A stretch of DNA of 64,000 bases from Octopus bimaculoides. Its lineage: Eukaryota. Position numbers and translations under genes: made by a program. How positions within the stretch are numbered: the stretch's first letter is position 1; each line of letters begins with the position of its first letter. The stretch is taken from assembly GCF_001194135.2 (NCBI RefSeq), contig NC_068991.1:57178316-57242315 (forward strand), written 5' to 3'. Below the pieces are notes generated by a model that was not told where the DNA came from, made no database searches, and saw nothing but the letters and a program-made list of their open reading frames with translations. Below are positions 23,824-35,535 of the stretch, one piece after another.

Positions 23824-24603
23824 TAGATACTAACATACATACAAGCATACATTTATGCATACATGCATACATACACGCATACGTATATAGTATACATTTA
23901 TATATATAGATAAATGATAGACAAGTATATATGTGTGTATATACGTTAATGTTTGTTTGTGTATTTATTACAAACTGCATTGGATTAGCGATGTACTTGC
24001 TATCATTTTCTTAAGATATATATCTTGAATGTTTATCTACATGTAAGCTGTCCCATTCAATCTCAACGTGTATCTATCTTATTTCACGGTTAATTTATCA
24101 GATACTACAATGTTAGCAAGACTAGCTAACTGTCTGGTAATCTGCAACATAACATAATTTCGCATATCGATTCAAAATTTATCGCCAGAATTAACCCGAA
24201 GATTACTGTATAATTATCTGTGTACCAGCAGGGATATTCTGGATATGGCGTAGAAGAGTTAAATTATAGATAAGCCTTTGCTTATTAACTTGCTATAAAC
24301 ATTTTTCACCCACAATAGCTCTCGGCATTTCGATACCAAAATCACCAGCAATCTATCCCCCTTTCATTCACATATATATATATATATATGTGTGTGCATG
24401 TGTGTCTGTGTGCATGTGTGCGCGCGCGCGCGTTCGTATATGTGTGTGTGCGTGCGTGTGTGTATGTGTGTATGTATGTATGTATGTGTGTGTGTGTGTG
24501 TGTGTGTGTAGATAGATAACTATATAGACAGATACCTCTGGAGTCATATATATATGTGTATATATATATATAAATATATATGTATATATATACACATACA
24601 TAT

Positions 24604-24658
<55 letters not shown>

Positions 24659-25370
24659 NNNNNNNNNNNNNNNNNNNNNNNNNNNNNNNNNNNNNNNNNN
24701 NNNNNNNNNNNNNNNNNNNNNNNNNNNNNNNNNNNNNNNNNNNNNNNNNNNNNNNNNNNNNNNNNNNNNNNNNNNNNNNNNNNNNNNNNNNNNNNNNNNN
24801 NNNNNNNNNNNNNNNNNNNNNNNNNNNNNNNNNNNNNNNNNNNNNNNNNNNNNNNNNNNNNNNNNNNNNNNNNNNNNNNNNNNNNNNNNNNNNNNNNNNN
24901 NNNNNNNNNNNNNNNNNNNNNNNNNNNNNNNNNNNNNNNNNNNNNNNNNNNNNNNNNNNNNNNNNNNNNNNNNNNNNNNNNNNNNNNNNNNNNNNNNNNN
25001 NNNNNNNNNNNNNNNNNNNNNNNNNNNNNNNNNNNNNNNNNNNNNNNNNNNNNNNNNNGCTTTCATTCTGTATATCATTCTTTCTTGTATACTTTATTTA
25101 TTCTCTTTATTCTCTCGCTCCCTATTTTTCTCTATTTCTATTTCTTTCCAGTCGTCTTCCTTTTTTCCCTTTCCATCTTATCTTACTTACTTCCTTTCAT
25201 TCTTTCTCTTATTCTTTTCTTTATCTACATTTCATTTGCTTGCTCTCTCCCACCACCTCTCTCTTATTTTCCTCATTATCTTTCGTTTATCGATCACTTA
25301 CCACTTCATAGTAAATTATTTTATACTATCCCACTCTAGAGACAAAAGAAAAATATTATTTCTTATCTAT

Positions 25371-25414
<44 letters not shown>

Positions 25415-25544
25415 TTATCTATCTAAATACACATGTACATATGTATATGTATATATATACACATACATATATACATGTATATACATATACATGCATATAC
25501 ATATATACATACTTACTTATATATATATATACACACGTCACGTC

Positions 25545-25800
25545 TGGCTGTACAGCCTTTTTGTTTGTTTATTTCACCGTTTCGTTTTCCTGTCTTGTTT
25601 TCCGTCCGCCACTACCCTCCACGAAAACAATTTAATTTGTGTTCGTGGGAAGAACCATTTTAACGATGCGTACTGCCTTAATTCTTCGAAACGCCGGAGT
25701 TTTAATGGTGGCAGCTGATGAAGGGGATGTTTCTATGTGGCCTGCTTGTTTGTTGCACCTTGTTTACCATTTTGTCCTTGTTCTTTTGCTACGTCATGTA
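25545..25800 (+). repeat. dispersed repeat with GAAAC and CTGATGA boxes; homologous to 61030-61400 (minus)
   Basis: Shared blocks gtct(t)ggctg.acagcc, ctgtcttgtt, accctcc, gggaag.ac, ttcGAAACg(c)cggag and cagCTGA(T/C)GAagggg. Confidence 0.75.
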
Positions 25801-26295
25801 CCTAGTTATGTATCTATATGTACATGTAGATGAACGTATATACATACATGTACATATATATGCATACACTCATATATTGTTTATATATGTATATATATAT
25901 TTCAAGTCGAAATCTCTGTATACCATCTGATATACTCGACATGTCAAGTGTATTTCGTCGTTGTTTTTGTTTTCAAGTTAATGCTTTACAATCGTGTTGC
26001 GAACATAAACTAAATTTTCTGCCACTTCTAACAGTTTTTTGTTTTTTTTTGTTTTTGTATTTGTTCGACTGCAGCCTATTCCAACTCATTCCAATCTGAT
26101 AATTCCATTTCATGTATATTCTAAGAATATGTGAACCATTCCAAAAGGCACCTGTGTTGCTCGTAACCTAACGATATTTTGTTTGGATTCTAGATATATA
26201 CATTCATACATACCCCTCCCCTACACACATGTATGTATGCATTATGTGTGTATATGCATGTGTATATATATATATATATATATATTTATACAGGG

Positions 26296-26354
<59 letters not shown>

Positions 26355-26641
26355 NNNNNNNNNNNNNNNNNNNNNNNNNNNNNNNNNNNNNNNNNNNNNN
26401 NNNNNNNNNNNNNNNNNNNNNNNNNNNNNNNNNNNNNNNNNNNNNNNNNNNNNNNNNNNNNNNNNNNNNNNNNNNNNNNNNNNNNNNNNNNNNNNNNNNN
26501 NNNNNNNNNNNNNNNNNNNNNNNNNNNNNNNNNNNNNNNNNNNNNNNNNNNNNNNNNNNNNNNNNNNNNNNNNNNNNNNNNNNNNNNNNNNNNNNNNNNN
26601 NNNNNNNNNNNNNNNNNNNNNNNNNNNNNNNNNNNNNNNNN

Positions 26642-27091
26642 ACTGACATCTCATTTTAACAGATATATTTACCAAAATTACATTAAAAATCTTGGAATAC
26701 TAAAGAGTAAATTTATTCAATAAGATCGCCAGGTCCTCCAGTCGACTTCGGAATTTGCTGTAACACTTCTGGACGGTCTCCTTGTTTAAGTTGTTGAATG
26801 CTGCCATAATCCTTGCCTTCAGTTCATCTTTGGTGTTACAAGGAATTTTTTTTTTGTATCTCACTCAACTGCCTCCCACACATAATAAGCAAGGGTGTTG
26901 CGGTTTGCCGATTTAGGTAGCCAGAGGTTAGGGGTGATGTGGTCGAAGAAATTGTCGGATAACCATGACTGGGTCCTCCTGTTGGTGTGGCATCGTGTAG
27001 AGTCCTGTTGCCAGACATAGGGTCTTCCAGCAGACACCCTCTTGACCCAGAGTACTACCTCCTCCAGGTACTTGATGTAGGCCTGCCGTGT
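26642..27091 (-). mobile_element. maT/DD37D-type Tc1-mariner remnant, C-terminal part
   Basis: YIKYLEEVV..YVWQQDSTRCHTNRRTQSWLSDNFFDHITPNLWLPKSANRNTLAYYVWEAVE..CNTKDELKARIMAAF. There are 37 residues between the QQD aspartate and the third catalytic position (mutated to A). Confidence 0.9.
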
Positions 27092-27094
27092 CCC

Positions 27095-27224
27095 TAAAAC
27101 ATGTACCTAGAGGGACAAAAATCAAACATCCAGTCAACATCATGGCGTTTGGAGTAATCACTTGTGATGGCGACGTTATGCCTCCATTCATCTTCCCACA
27201 CGGCCTCAGACTCAACACGTAGGC
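27095..27224 (+). mobile_element. upstream part of the same transposase, inverted
   Basis: KIKHPVNIMAFGVITCDGDVMPPFIFPHGLRLNT joins directly to AYIKYLEEVV of the minus-strand piece. Confidence 0.88.
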
Positions 27225-27589
27225 AATACACCGGTAGTGTAATGGATACTTCTATCCCTTAGACGGTTATTTTAACCTCTAACACAGCTAACCTAATTAT
27301 TTACATGTAATTAAATATGTGTGTGCAGCAGAAGTAACAGAGTGACTTAAGGTTTGGGGATTTCGTACTTTGGCACTCATCGCTTTCATAAGTGCCAACT
27401 CACGAAACTCTCGGACCTTGAGTCACCCTGTTGCTTCTGCTAAATATTAATAATAATATACATATACTCATGTTTTGAGTTCTATTTTTCCTGTTCGCAC
27501 GAACATAACATACTTATATATAAATAGTTGTAAAGGACTACCTGGGACTTGCCCTGAAACAAGGTTTGAATGCTGCACGCTCGTACGAA

Positions 27590-28032
27590 CCCGCACGCAC
27601 ACAGACACACACACACACACACGCACGCACGCACACACGCATGCACGTACACAAACAGACATACACACGCACGCGCACACACTCACACGCGCGCGCACAT
27701 GCATGCACACAGGTCCACACGAACGCACGCACACGCGCGCACACACACACGCACGCACTCGCGCGCGCACGCACGCACACACACACGTGCACACACATAC
27801 ACAAACAGACATACGCACGCACACACGCGCACACACTCACGCACACAAACACACACATACACGCACACACACACACAAACACGAACGCATTCACACACAC
27901 GCACGCACTCATACACACACGCACGCACGCACGCACACACGAACGTAGACACACACACACACACACACACACACGAACGCATACACACATGCACACAGAC
28001 TTACATATGCACACACATTCACACACACACCC
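27590..28032. repeat. cryptic (CA)/(CG) dinucleotide mosaic
   Basis: About 440 bp of interrupted cacacg/cgcaca units; source of several spurious ORFs. Confidence 0.95.
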
Positions 28033-29201
28033 ACACCATTTAAATTGTTAAATATACTCCAGCAACCATGTTGGAGTCAACGACATCACAGCGACTAAAC
28101 TGGGTTTGGAAACGAGGTTACAATATGTTTTAAAACAAATAGCTTATGTTCACAATCGGAAACGGAAAACTGATCCGCAAGGAGTTAGCTACAATTTCTA
28201 TAAATCTTTGCAACTTTTTCACAACTCTTACCATGTTATTTTGGAATGGTATTAATTAATTGAAATCTGTCGTTTGTTTATTCTTTCAGTTTTCTAAGCT
28301 TCTTTTTTTTATATTTTGAGTCCTATACTTTTTTTGTTGTTGATTTATTTCGTTCCTCGTTATATTTTGTTACTCTGAAAGTCTGTTAGATATACAACAG
28401 GTGACACACTTAAAAGCAATTTCTCATTCCAGATTGCTTTAAAGTACAAAACTATTTAGTGATAGTGTTAATGAGGTGCTGAAAATCAGATTTCATTCAT
28501 TTTTTCCCACTTTTAGTTTGGTATTCTTAAATAGTAATTATGTTCTTACCATCTAGCTTTAACAGTTTTTTTTTTCTCTCAGAATGTTCCAAAACAACAG
28601 TTATTTCAAATTTCACTTATTCCTTTTTGAAATCTAAACAGGGCGGAATGTCGAGAGAAAAACCAGCAAACTTTCATAATTACTTTAAAATATTCGTTTT
28701 TGTAAATTACTTATTTCATTTTTTCCCATTTGCATTTGTGTATTTTTTTTCAATAAACGTAGCTTCACAAAGAGATAAGATCATAAAAGAATTTAGAATT
28801 AAAATTGGTTATACTGTGTATTGTTACACATTGTAATTTAGTCTGTGCTTATTGAGAAAAAGTAAACAATGTGTTATAAATGTATCCAACAAATGAAAAT
28901 GAAAATCCCGAAGATTGACATAAAGCTATGCTATTTTAGAGGTAGGTAAAAAGGCGATTAAATCTAACGCCTAAGGACGAAAGTCATTCTCAGATATCTC
29001 CACGGAACTAGAACAGTTGAGGCCCTTCAGCTTTTTAGCCACTCATCTAAGGGAAGGTAACTCCTTACAAATCTCGCATCCTGATAATTAGTGGGATCGT
29101 AGCACTTGGTTCGCCAGACGAATACAAGTATAAAGGCCGAAAAAGCGGGATTAGTTCTGCACAAACCATGCTCACTGTAATAATTAATATTCATCGTGCA
29201 G

Positions 29202-29314
29202 GTTGATCAGAAAATCAAGACACCAAAATCATCACTATCATATTGCTTCATAAACCCAGTGATGATAGGGAAAGATGCGACGGAGACAGGTTTAACCCTT
29301 GACTCTGTACACAG
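29202..29314 (+). CDS. candidate 113-nt exon, product unknown
   Basis: Acceptor attcatcgtgcag, donor CAG|gtgacc. Only one frame is open (VDQKIKTPKSSLSYCFINPVMIGKDATETGLTLDSVH+AG) and it stops just past the donor. Confidence 0.3.
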
Positions 29315-29625
29315 GTGACCATAGGGTGACGCTTGTTTCCCACGGACCAGCACTGTGCAGCTGTGTCTTGCTGGATCCTTATTCGTCCGAGCCTCGAGAC
29401 AGTCCAACAACACTGGTGACGCTTATTTCGTAAATCTGGAAATTATACGAAACGAAGTGTCAATAATAAGCTTTGAAATTCACTTAACACTCAGCACTTG
29501 AGAAGTCTCAAATGAGATCCTTGCTGCTGTTATTGCAGATATAGACATCTCAGACTGAATTTAATGCCCCTATCCCCATCGGAATGAAGTCCAAGCTGCC
29601 GAGTTTGAATCGATAGAAATAACAA

Positions 29626-29745
29626 CTTATTCTCTTCTAAATTATATCTTATTCTCTTATTCTCTTATTCTCTTATTCTCTTCTAAGTTATGTCTTATTC
29701 TCTTCTAAATTATGTCTCATTCTCTTATTCTCTTCTAAATTATGA
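29626..29745. repeat. minisatellite built from TTATTCTC and TTCTAAATTATGTC units
   Basis: ttattctcttctaaattat(a/g)tc repeated, with internal (ttattctc)n expansion. Confidence 0.9.
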
Positions 29746-29931
29746 TGTGGTTTGGGACTTGTATAAAGATGGAACTGGAAAGGTTGGAACATCTTAGATC
29801 TTAGACATATTCTGAATGATCAGAGATGATATCAGCCTACATAACAGGAACAATGTACAGCCTTTCTTAACAAATGTATTTCGTTACGTTCTGCTATAAA
29901 TATATAAGAGGCGATCACAATTTAGTTTCCA

Positions 29932-30137
29932 GTTTTAGCACAAGACCAGCAATTTCGGGGTAGGGGGAGCGTCAATTACAAAGACTCTAGTGCTCAACTG
30001 GTACTTGTTTTATCGACCACGAAAGAATGAAATGGAAAGCCAACCGCAGCGGAATTAGAACTGAGAACGTAAAGAAGGACGAAATGCAACTAAACATTTC
30101 GTCCGGGTTGCTAAAGATTGTATCGGCTCGCCGCCTT
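29932..30137 (-). mobile_element. SINE family A
   Basis: agcacaagaccagcaatttcgggg...ttttatcgacc...ggctcgccgcctt. Confidence 0.85.
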
Positions 30138-30233
30138 AGAGGTGGTCATGATATTGAGTTCAAATTTTGGCACATGGCCAGCAAGTTCAGGAGAGACGTC
30201 TATGTAAACAATGCAATCGGAGAAAAATACGTA

Positions 30234-30424
30234 CAGTAATCCCTCGACAATCGCGGGTGTTACATTCTGAACACCCCACCACGATAGGTGAAAATTCGCG
30301 AAGTAGAAACAGTACTGTATATTTTTATTTTTTGGATATATCTATTTTATTATAAATGCAAAACAACACCACATAGGAATCGACTTAAGCGACAGGTGAA
30401 CCGCGGTATGGCGAGGAGTTACTG
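30234..30424. mobile_element. 191-bp pogo/Tigger-type MITE with TA target duplication
   Basis: TA|cagtaatccctcgacaatcgcgg ... ccgcggtatggcgaggagttactg|TA gives imperfect terminal inverted repeats of about 23 bp starting with CAGT. Confidence 0.88.
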
Positions 30425-30449
30425 TAATGGACATATAGGCGTACATTTG

Positions 30450-30598
30450 TGGCCAAAAGTTTGGAGCATAAGTCTGAAAATTAGAATTTCTATATTAAAT
30501 GCCCAAAGTTATATTCAATTGTCAGTATATTATTATGTCAATACTTGGCCAAAAGTTTGGAAGATAAATCTGAAAATTAGAATTTTTATGTTAAATGC
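30450..30598 (+). repeat. 53-bp diverged direct repeat (30450-30502, 30546-30598), Tc1-terminus-like
   Basis: tggccaaaagtttgga..ataa.tctgaaaattagaattt.tat.ttaaatgc occurs twice with a 96-bp period. Confidence 0.85.
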
Positions 30599-31314
30599 TG
30601 AAATATATACTTTGTATATATTAGAAGCGAATTGTTCTAGGATAAAACAAATTTAATTTAACAAAAGAATGTTTCAAACTTTTAGACACGATTGTATTTC
30701 AAGAGTTGTTGTTACTTCTTCAGCACTACATTCAACTCATTAACTATCCATGATTACATTGCTTCAATAGTCATTAAGTTTAGCGGTGTAACACAATTGG
30801 ATAAACTAATTTATGTTTTCAACACATTTATCGCAACTGGTGCGTACATATTAATTGCTGGTAAGGACACCGTTATCATCAGTGGAGCGAATCTACTTGT
30901 ATAAAAGATAGACTATTCTCTATGAGGAACTATGAAATTGAACAACCCTAACAAAAACCTCGTAAAAGTAACGAGAAATATGTCACAATTGTGGAAGCCT
31001 ATTGAACAAAGGAAACATCATCTGCATGCAAATATCTGGATATACGCAAAAAGATAGGGTTAGGATATATAAGAGAACCAATAAATGGCTAGAAAATATT
31101 CTGGAAAAAAAAAACATACAAACAAAATATTAAAAAAACAAAAGAACGAAAACAAAAAGTAGGCACATGTTTTGTAACAGAGTAGGGAGAGAAAATAATA
31201 AATTAGTTTTGGTGAGTACGATAACAAAAATGTTGATAGCTTTATGTTCTTAGGTGCCACGCCCAATTGTGAAACAGCTAGCAGATTTAAGAAATTAGTC
31301 GCAATATTATGCAG

Positions 31315-31516
31315 TTCGGTGAGCTAGAAGTACCGTAAGCATGTTGGGTAAAATGCTTAGCGGCATTTCGACTGTCTTTACGTTTTGAGTTCAAATTCTG
31401 TTGCGGTCGACTTTAGCTTTTATCCTCGCAGGATAAAATGAATACAAGCTAATTACTGGGGCTGATGTAATCGACTTAACTCCTTTCCCGAAATTACTGA
31501 CCTTGTGCCAAAATGA
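31315..31516 (+). mobile_element. SINE family A
   Basis: aaatgcttagcggcatttcg...gagttcaaattc...gtcgacttt...ccttgtgccaaaat. Confidence 0.88.
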
Positions 31517-31579
31517 GGAACTAATATTAACATCATGCAAAATAACAACAATAACAATAAACACTTTTGCGATATGCCG

Positions 31580-31762
31580 CATGGCCTGAAATTTTGTGAG
31601 GAGGGTGCCAATCGATTACATTCACCCAGTGCTCAGTGGGTACTTATTGCATCGATCCCGAAAGGACGACAGAAAAAGTCGAACCCGGCAGGATTTGAAC
31701 TCAGAAAGTAAAAACGGACGAAGTCGTCTGGTGTGGCAACTATTCTGCCAGCATGCAGCCTT
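31580..31762 (-). mobile_element. SINE family A, inverted relative to the 31315 copy
   Basis: ggcctgaaatttt...atcgatcccgaaagga...atttgaactcagaa...attctgccagc. Confidence 0.85.
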
Positions 31763-31772
31763 AATAATGATG

Positions 31773-31814
<42 letters not shown>

Positions 31815-31910
31815 GCAACAACAGCCACTAAGGACACATAATGTCAGTTACCCGGTTTCGATTGTGAGCGAGGTTACAACATTCTCGCTAAACGTGAGGT
31901 CGGTCCCTTA

Positions 31911-32125
31911 TAGGGCTCAAGGCAGAAATTTTGAGAAGAGTACTCAAACAGTGGGGTCGATGTAGTCGACACCCCTTACATTCTTTTATCGACCCCAAAA
32001 AGATGAAAGCCAAATTTGACCTCGGTGGGATTTAAGCTCTGAACGTAATACCAGGGGTCATACTGCAAATTATTTTGTGCGTCGTGCGTGTGATTTTTCC
32101 CGTTAAAAAATTAACTTCCGCCTTA
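31911..32125 (-). mobile_element. SINE family A
   Basis: ggctcaaggcagaaatttt...ttttatcgaccccaaaaagatgaaag...ccgcctt. Confidence 0.8.
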
Positions 32126-32373
32126 CTTAAAGAAAAATATAATCAAAAGCCTCCCAGCCCTGAAAAAATTAGTTTAAATAATAAACAAAAGAAATTTATC
32201 CCAAGAATTATTAAATCTGGTTAGCAATTGACATTCGACAGATGCAACGGAATTGCGTCAGAGAGCAGGGTGAATATGGGCGTCAAGATTTTTGACACTT
32301 CCCTAGCAAACAATAATTCTGAAAGAGTTTTTATGCTTGTGAATGGATACATGTGTATACATGCACTCGAATC

Positions 32374-32409
<36 letters not shown>

Positions 32410-32433
32410 TACACACATTATATATATGTATGC

Positions 32434-32475
<42 letters not shown>

Positions 32476-32886
32476 TAATATATAATTATATAAAAGGGTG
32501 AAGATAAACTCCACCAAACACGCTAGAAACAGACACCAAATGGCTCTAAAAACCACATCTCCGCTAGCATACGCTGAAAGTGAGTATATGAATAAGATTT
32601 TTTAAGGGTTAATTATAGATCGATTTTTAGATTATGGATGTAAAATCCTCTCCTGTCAGCTGTTTGATATAAATAAATACAAATATTTATACATACCCAT
32701 ACGAACAACATATATCTATACGAGTATATACATATATCTGCATGTATACACTAGTTAAATCTAATTTATTCACCTCAACCACGTGCGTTTACGATCAAAA
32801 TAATATCGCAGTGAATATAAATTGATCAAGAGTAATAAAATATATATTTATAGAAACACAGACACACAGACACACACGCGCGCGCG

Positions 32887-33119
32887 CGGGCGAGCTGGCA
32901 GAACCGTTAGCACACCGGGCGAAATGCTTAGCGGTATTTCGTCTGCCCGCTACGTTCTGAGTTCAAATTCCGCCGAGGTCGACTTTGCCTTTCATCCTTT
33001 CGGGGTCGATTAAATAAGTACCAGTTACGCACTGGGGTCGATATAATCGATTTAATCCGTTTGTCTGTCCTTGTTTGTCCCCTCTGTGTGTAGCCCCTTG
33101 TGGGTAGTAAAGAAATAAC
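32887..33119 (+). mobile_element. SINE family A, least-decayed copy, with a different 3' tail
   Basis: ggcgagctggcagaaccgttagc, B box GAGTTCAAATTCC, core gcctttcatcctttcggggtcgattaaataagtacc, tail atccgtttgtctgtcc...gtagtaaagaaataa. Confidence 0.95.
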
Positions 33120-33167
33120 ACACACACACACAACACAGACACACACACTCACACACTCACACATTTA

Positions 33168-33310
33168 TATATACCAAATCTACTCACAATGTTTTAGACG
33201 GTGCCAGGTTATAGTAGAAGACACTTGCCCAAGTTACCAAGCAGTGGGACTGAACCTGGAGCCATGTAGTTGAGCAAAAAGCTCCTTACCTCACAACCAC
33301 GCCTGCACCT
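33168..33310 (-). mobile_element. SINE family B 5' half
   Basis: atctactcacaa...tagtagaagacacttgcccaag...gggactgaacc...cacaaccacgcctgc. Confidence 0.85.
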
Positions 33311-33776
33311 AAAAGGAAAGCAGACCGGTCACCATGTACGTATATGTACGTATGTATGCATGTTTGTATGTATGTATGTATGTATCTATGTATGTATGTA
33401 TGTGTGTATGTTTGTATGAGTGTATGCATGCATATATATATTTATGTATGTGTTTATGTGTGTATATATATATATATATATGTACGTACATATGTATGTA
33501 TATATGTATGTATATATACGTATATATGTATGTAATAATAGTTTCAGTCATTGAACTGCGGCCATGATGGGGCAACAGCTTGCAGGGTTTTAGTCGAAAA
33601 ACGCGACAATTATACTTGCTTTAAAATTGTTGAAGTCCGATATTTATCCTAGCGTCTCCTGCGCCTAACGGCTAAAACGTTATATATAAGCGTGTGCGTG
33701 AGCGTGTGCGTGTATGTATGTACGTGTGCGTTTGCGCGTTTGCTTGTTAGTTTGTATATGTGCGTGTGTGCGTGTG

Positions 33777-33814
<38 letters not shown>

Positions 33815-34174
33815 CGCGCGCGCGATCTAGGGTTATACAATCCTGCACCAGGTTCTCTGTTACAAGTACCAGTGAAAGAATGAATCGCTGGTGAAAAGTA
33901 TCGCAGAGTATATTGTTCGAAAGACTCCATAATAAAATATAATCTCAGACTTCTGCTTCAAGAAACAAGGAAGAACCAAACATTTGGGTAGAATTTACAT
34001 TAGGTTGCCAACGCAGAGGAATGTTCTTGTGAAGCACACATTCAATCCATTAGAGACTTATCTTTCTACCCGGCTCACACTCTTCACTTCGAAAATGGCT
34101 CATATGTTATTCATTAATTCGTATACATGGTACGCACCTGTTTGAGAACGGTCAGAAATGTATATAAATACATA

Positions 34175-34209
<35 letters not shown>

Positions 34210-34605
34210 NNNNNNNNNNNNNNNNNNNNNNNNNNNNNNNNNNNNNNNNNNNNNNNNNNNNNNNNNNNNNNNNNNNNNNNNNNNNNNNNNNNNNNNNNNN
34301 NNNNNNNNNNNNNNNNNNNNNNNNNNNNNNNNNNNNNNNNNNNNNNNNNNNNNNNNNNNNNNNNNNNNNNNNNNNNNNNNNNNNNNNNNNNNNNNNNNNN
34401 NNNNNNNNNNNNNNNNNNNNNNNNNNNNNNNNNNNNNNNNNNNNNNNNNNNNNNNNNNNNNNNNNNNNNNNNNNNNNNNNNNNNNNNNNNNNNNNNNNNN
34501 NNNNNNNNNNNNNNNNNNNNNNNNNNNNNNNNNNNNNNNNNNNNNNNNNNNNNNNNNNNNNNNNNNNNNNNNNNNNNNNNNNNNNNNNNNNNNNNNNNNN
34601 NNNNN

Positions 34606-34640
<35 letters not shown>

Positions 34641-35103
34641 CATACATACATACATACATACATACATACACACACACAAACATATATATATACACATATA
34701 TACATTTATATGTGTGTGTGAGAGAGAGAGAGGGGGAGTGAGAGAGACAAAGGCAATTTAGAAAGGAAGGAGAGAGTAGGGGGGGTGATCTTTGGTGACA
34801 GGAAAGCAAAAACAGTGTAGAAACGTAGTATAAGAAATGGGCGATGGGATAATGAAGAAAGGGTGCATGAGTTTTAGGGTTATATTTGTGTTATTGTGAT
34901 GAAGAAAAAGAGAAAAAAAACCTCCCGGGTGATATATGTGACAGAAAGTAAAAGAGTAGGAGATAGATAGCTAGATAGAGAGGGAGAGGGCGTAAGGAGT
35001 ATTGCCTGAAAGAAAGAAAGACACGTTAAATATAATCATATGGTATAATTATAGTAAAGAAAAATTTTTAAAAAGCATATGAAAAATACGGGTGAACTAA
35101 TAT

Positions 35104-35307
35104 TGGTTTCAAATTTTGGCACAAGGCCAGCAGCTGTGTAGTGGGGGCTAAATCGATTAAATCGACTCCATTGTTGAAGTAGTCCTTATTTTATCGACCC
35201 TGAGAGAATGAAACGTAAAGTCGACGTTGGCGAAGTTTGAATTCAGAATGTGAAGATGGATGAAATACCGCTAAGCAGTTTGTCCGATTCTGCCAGCTCA
35301 CCGCCTT
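35104..35307 (-). mobile_element. SINE family A
   Basis: ggtttcaaattttggcacaaggccagc...ttttatcgaccc...gattctgccagctcaccgcctt. Confidence 0.9.
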
Positions 35308-35535
35308 CGGGTGAACTAATATTAATAATGATAACTTTGTTTGCAACTGGTGTAAGACAAACATGAGGATATCCACGTACAAAAAAGGACAACGAGAAAA
35401 GAAGTATGAGATGCTAAAAAATAAAACACAGACCACGTAATCACACGAAGCACACACACATATAACAGTTATTTCCCACACGTATAACAGTTATAATCCT
35501 GGAGGTTACCGTGTTTCCTCTTAATTCGGTTTCAG

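Noticed and set aside
30865-30885. Minus-strand CTGATGA box
   Set aside because: No GAAA box at a suitable distance.
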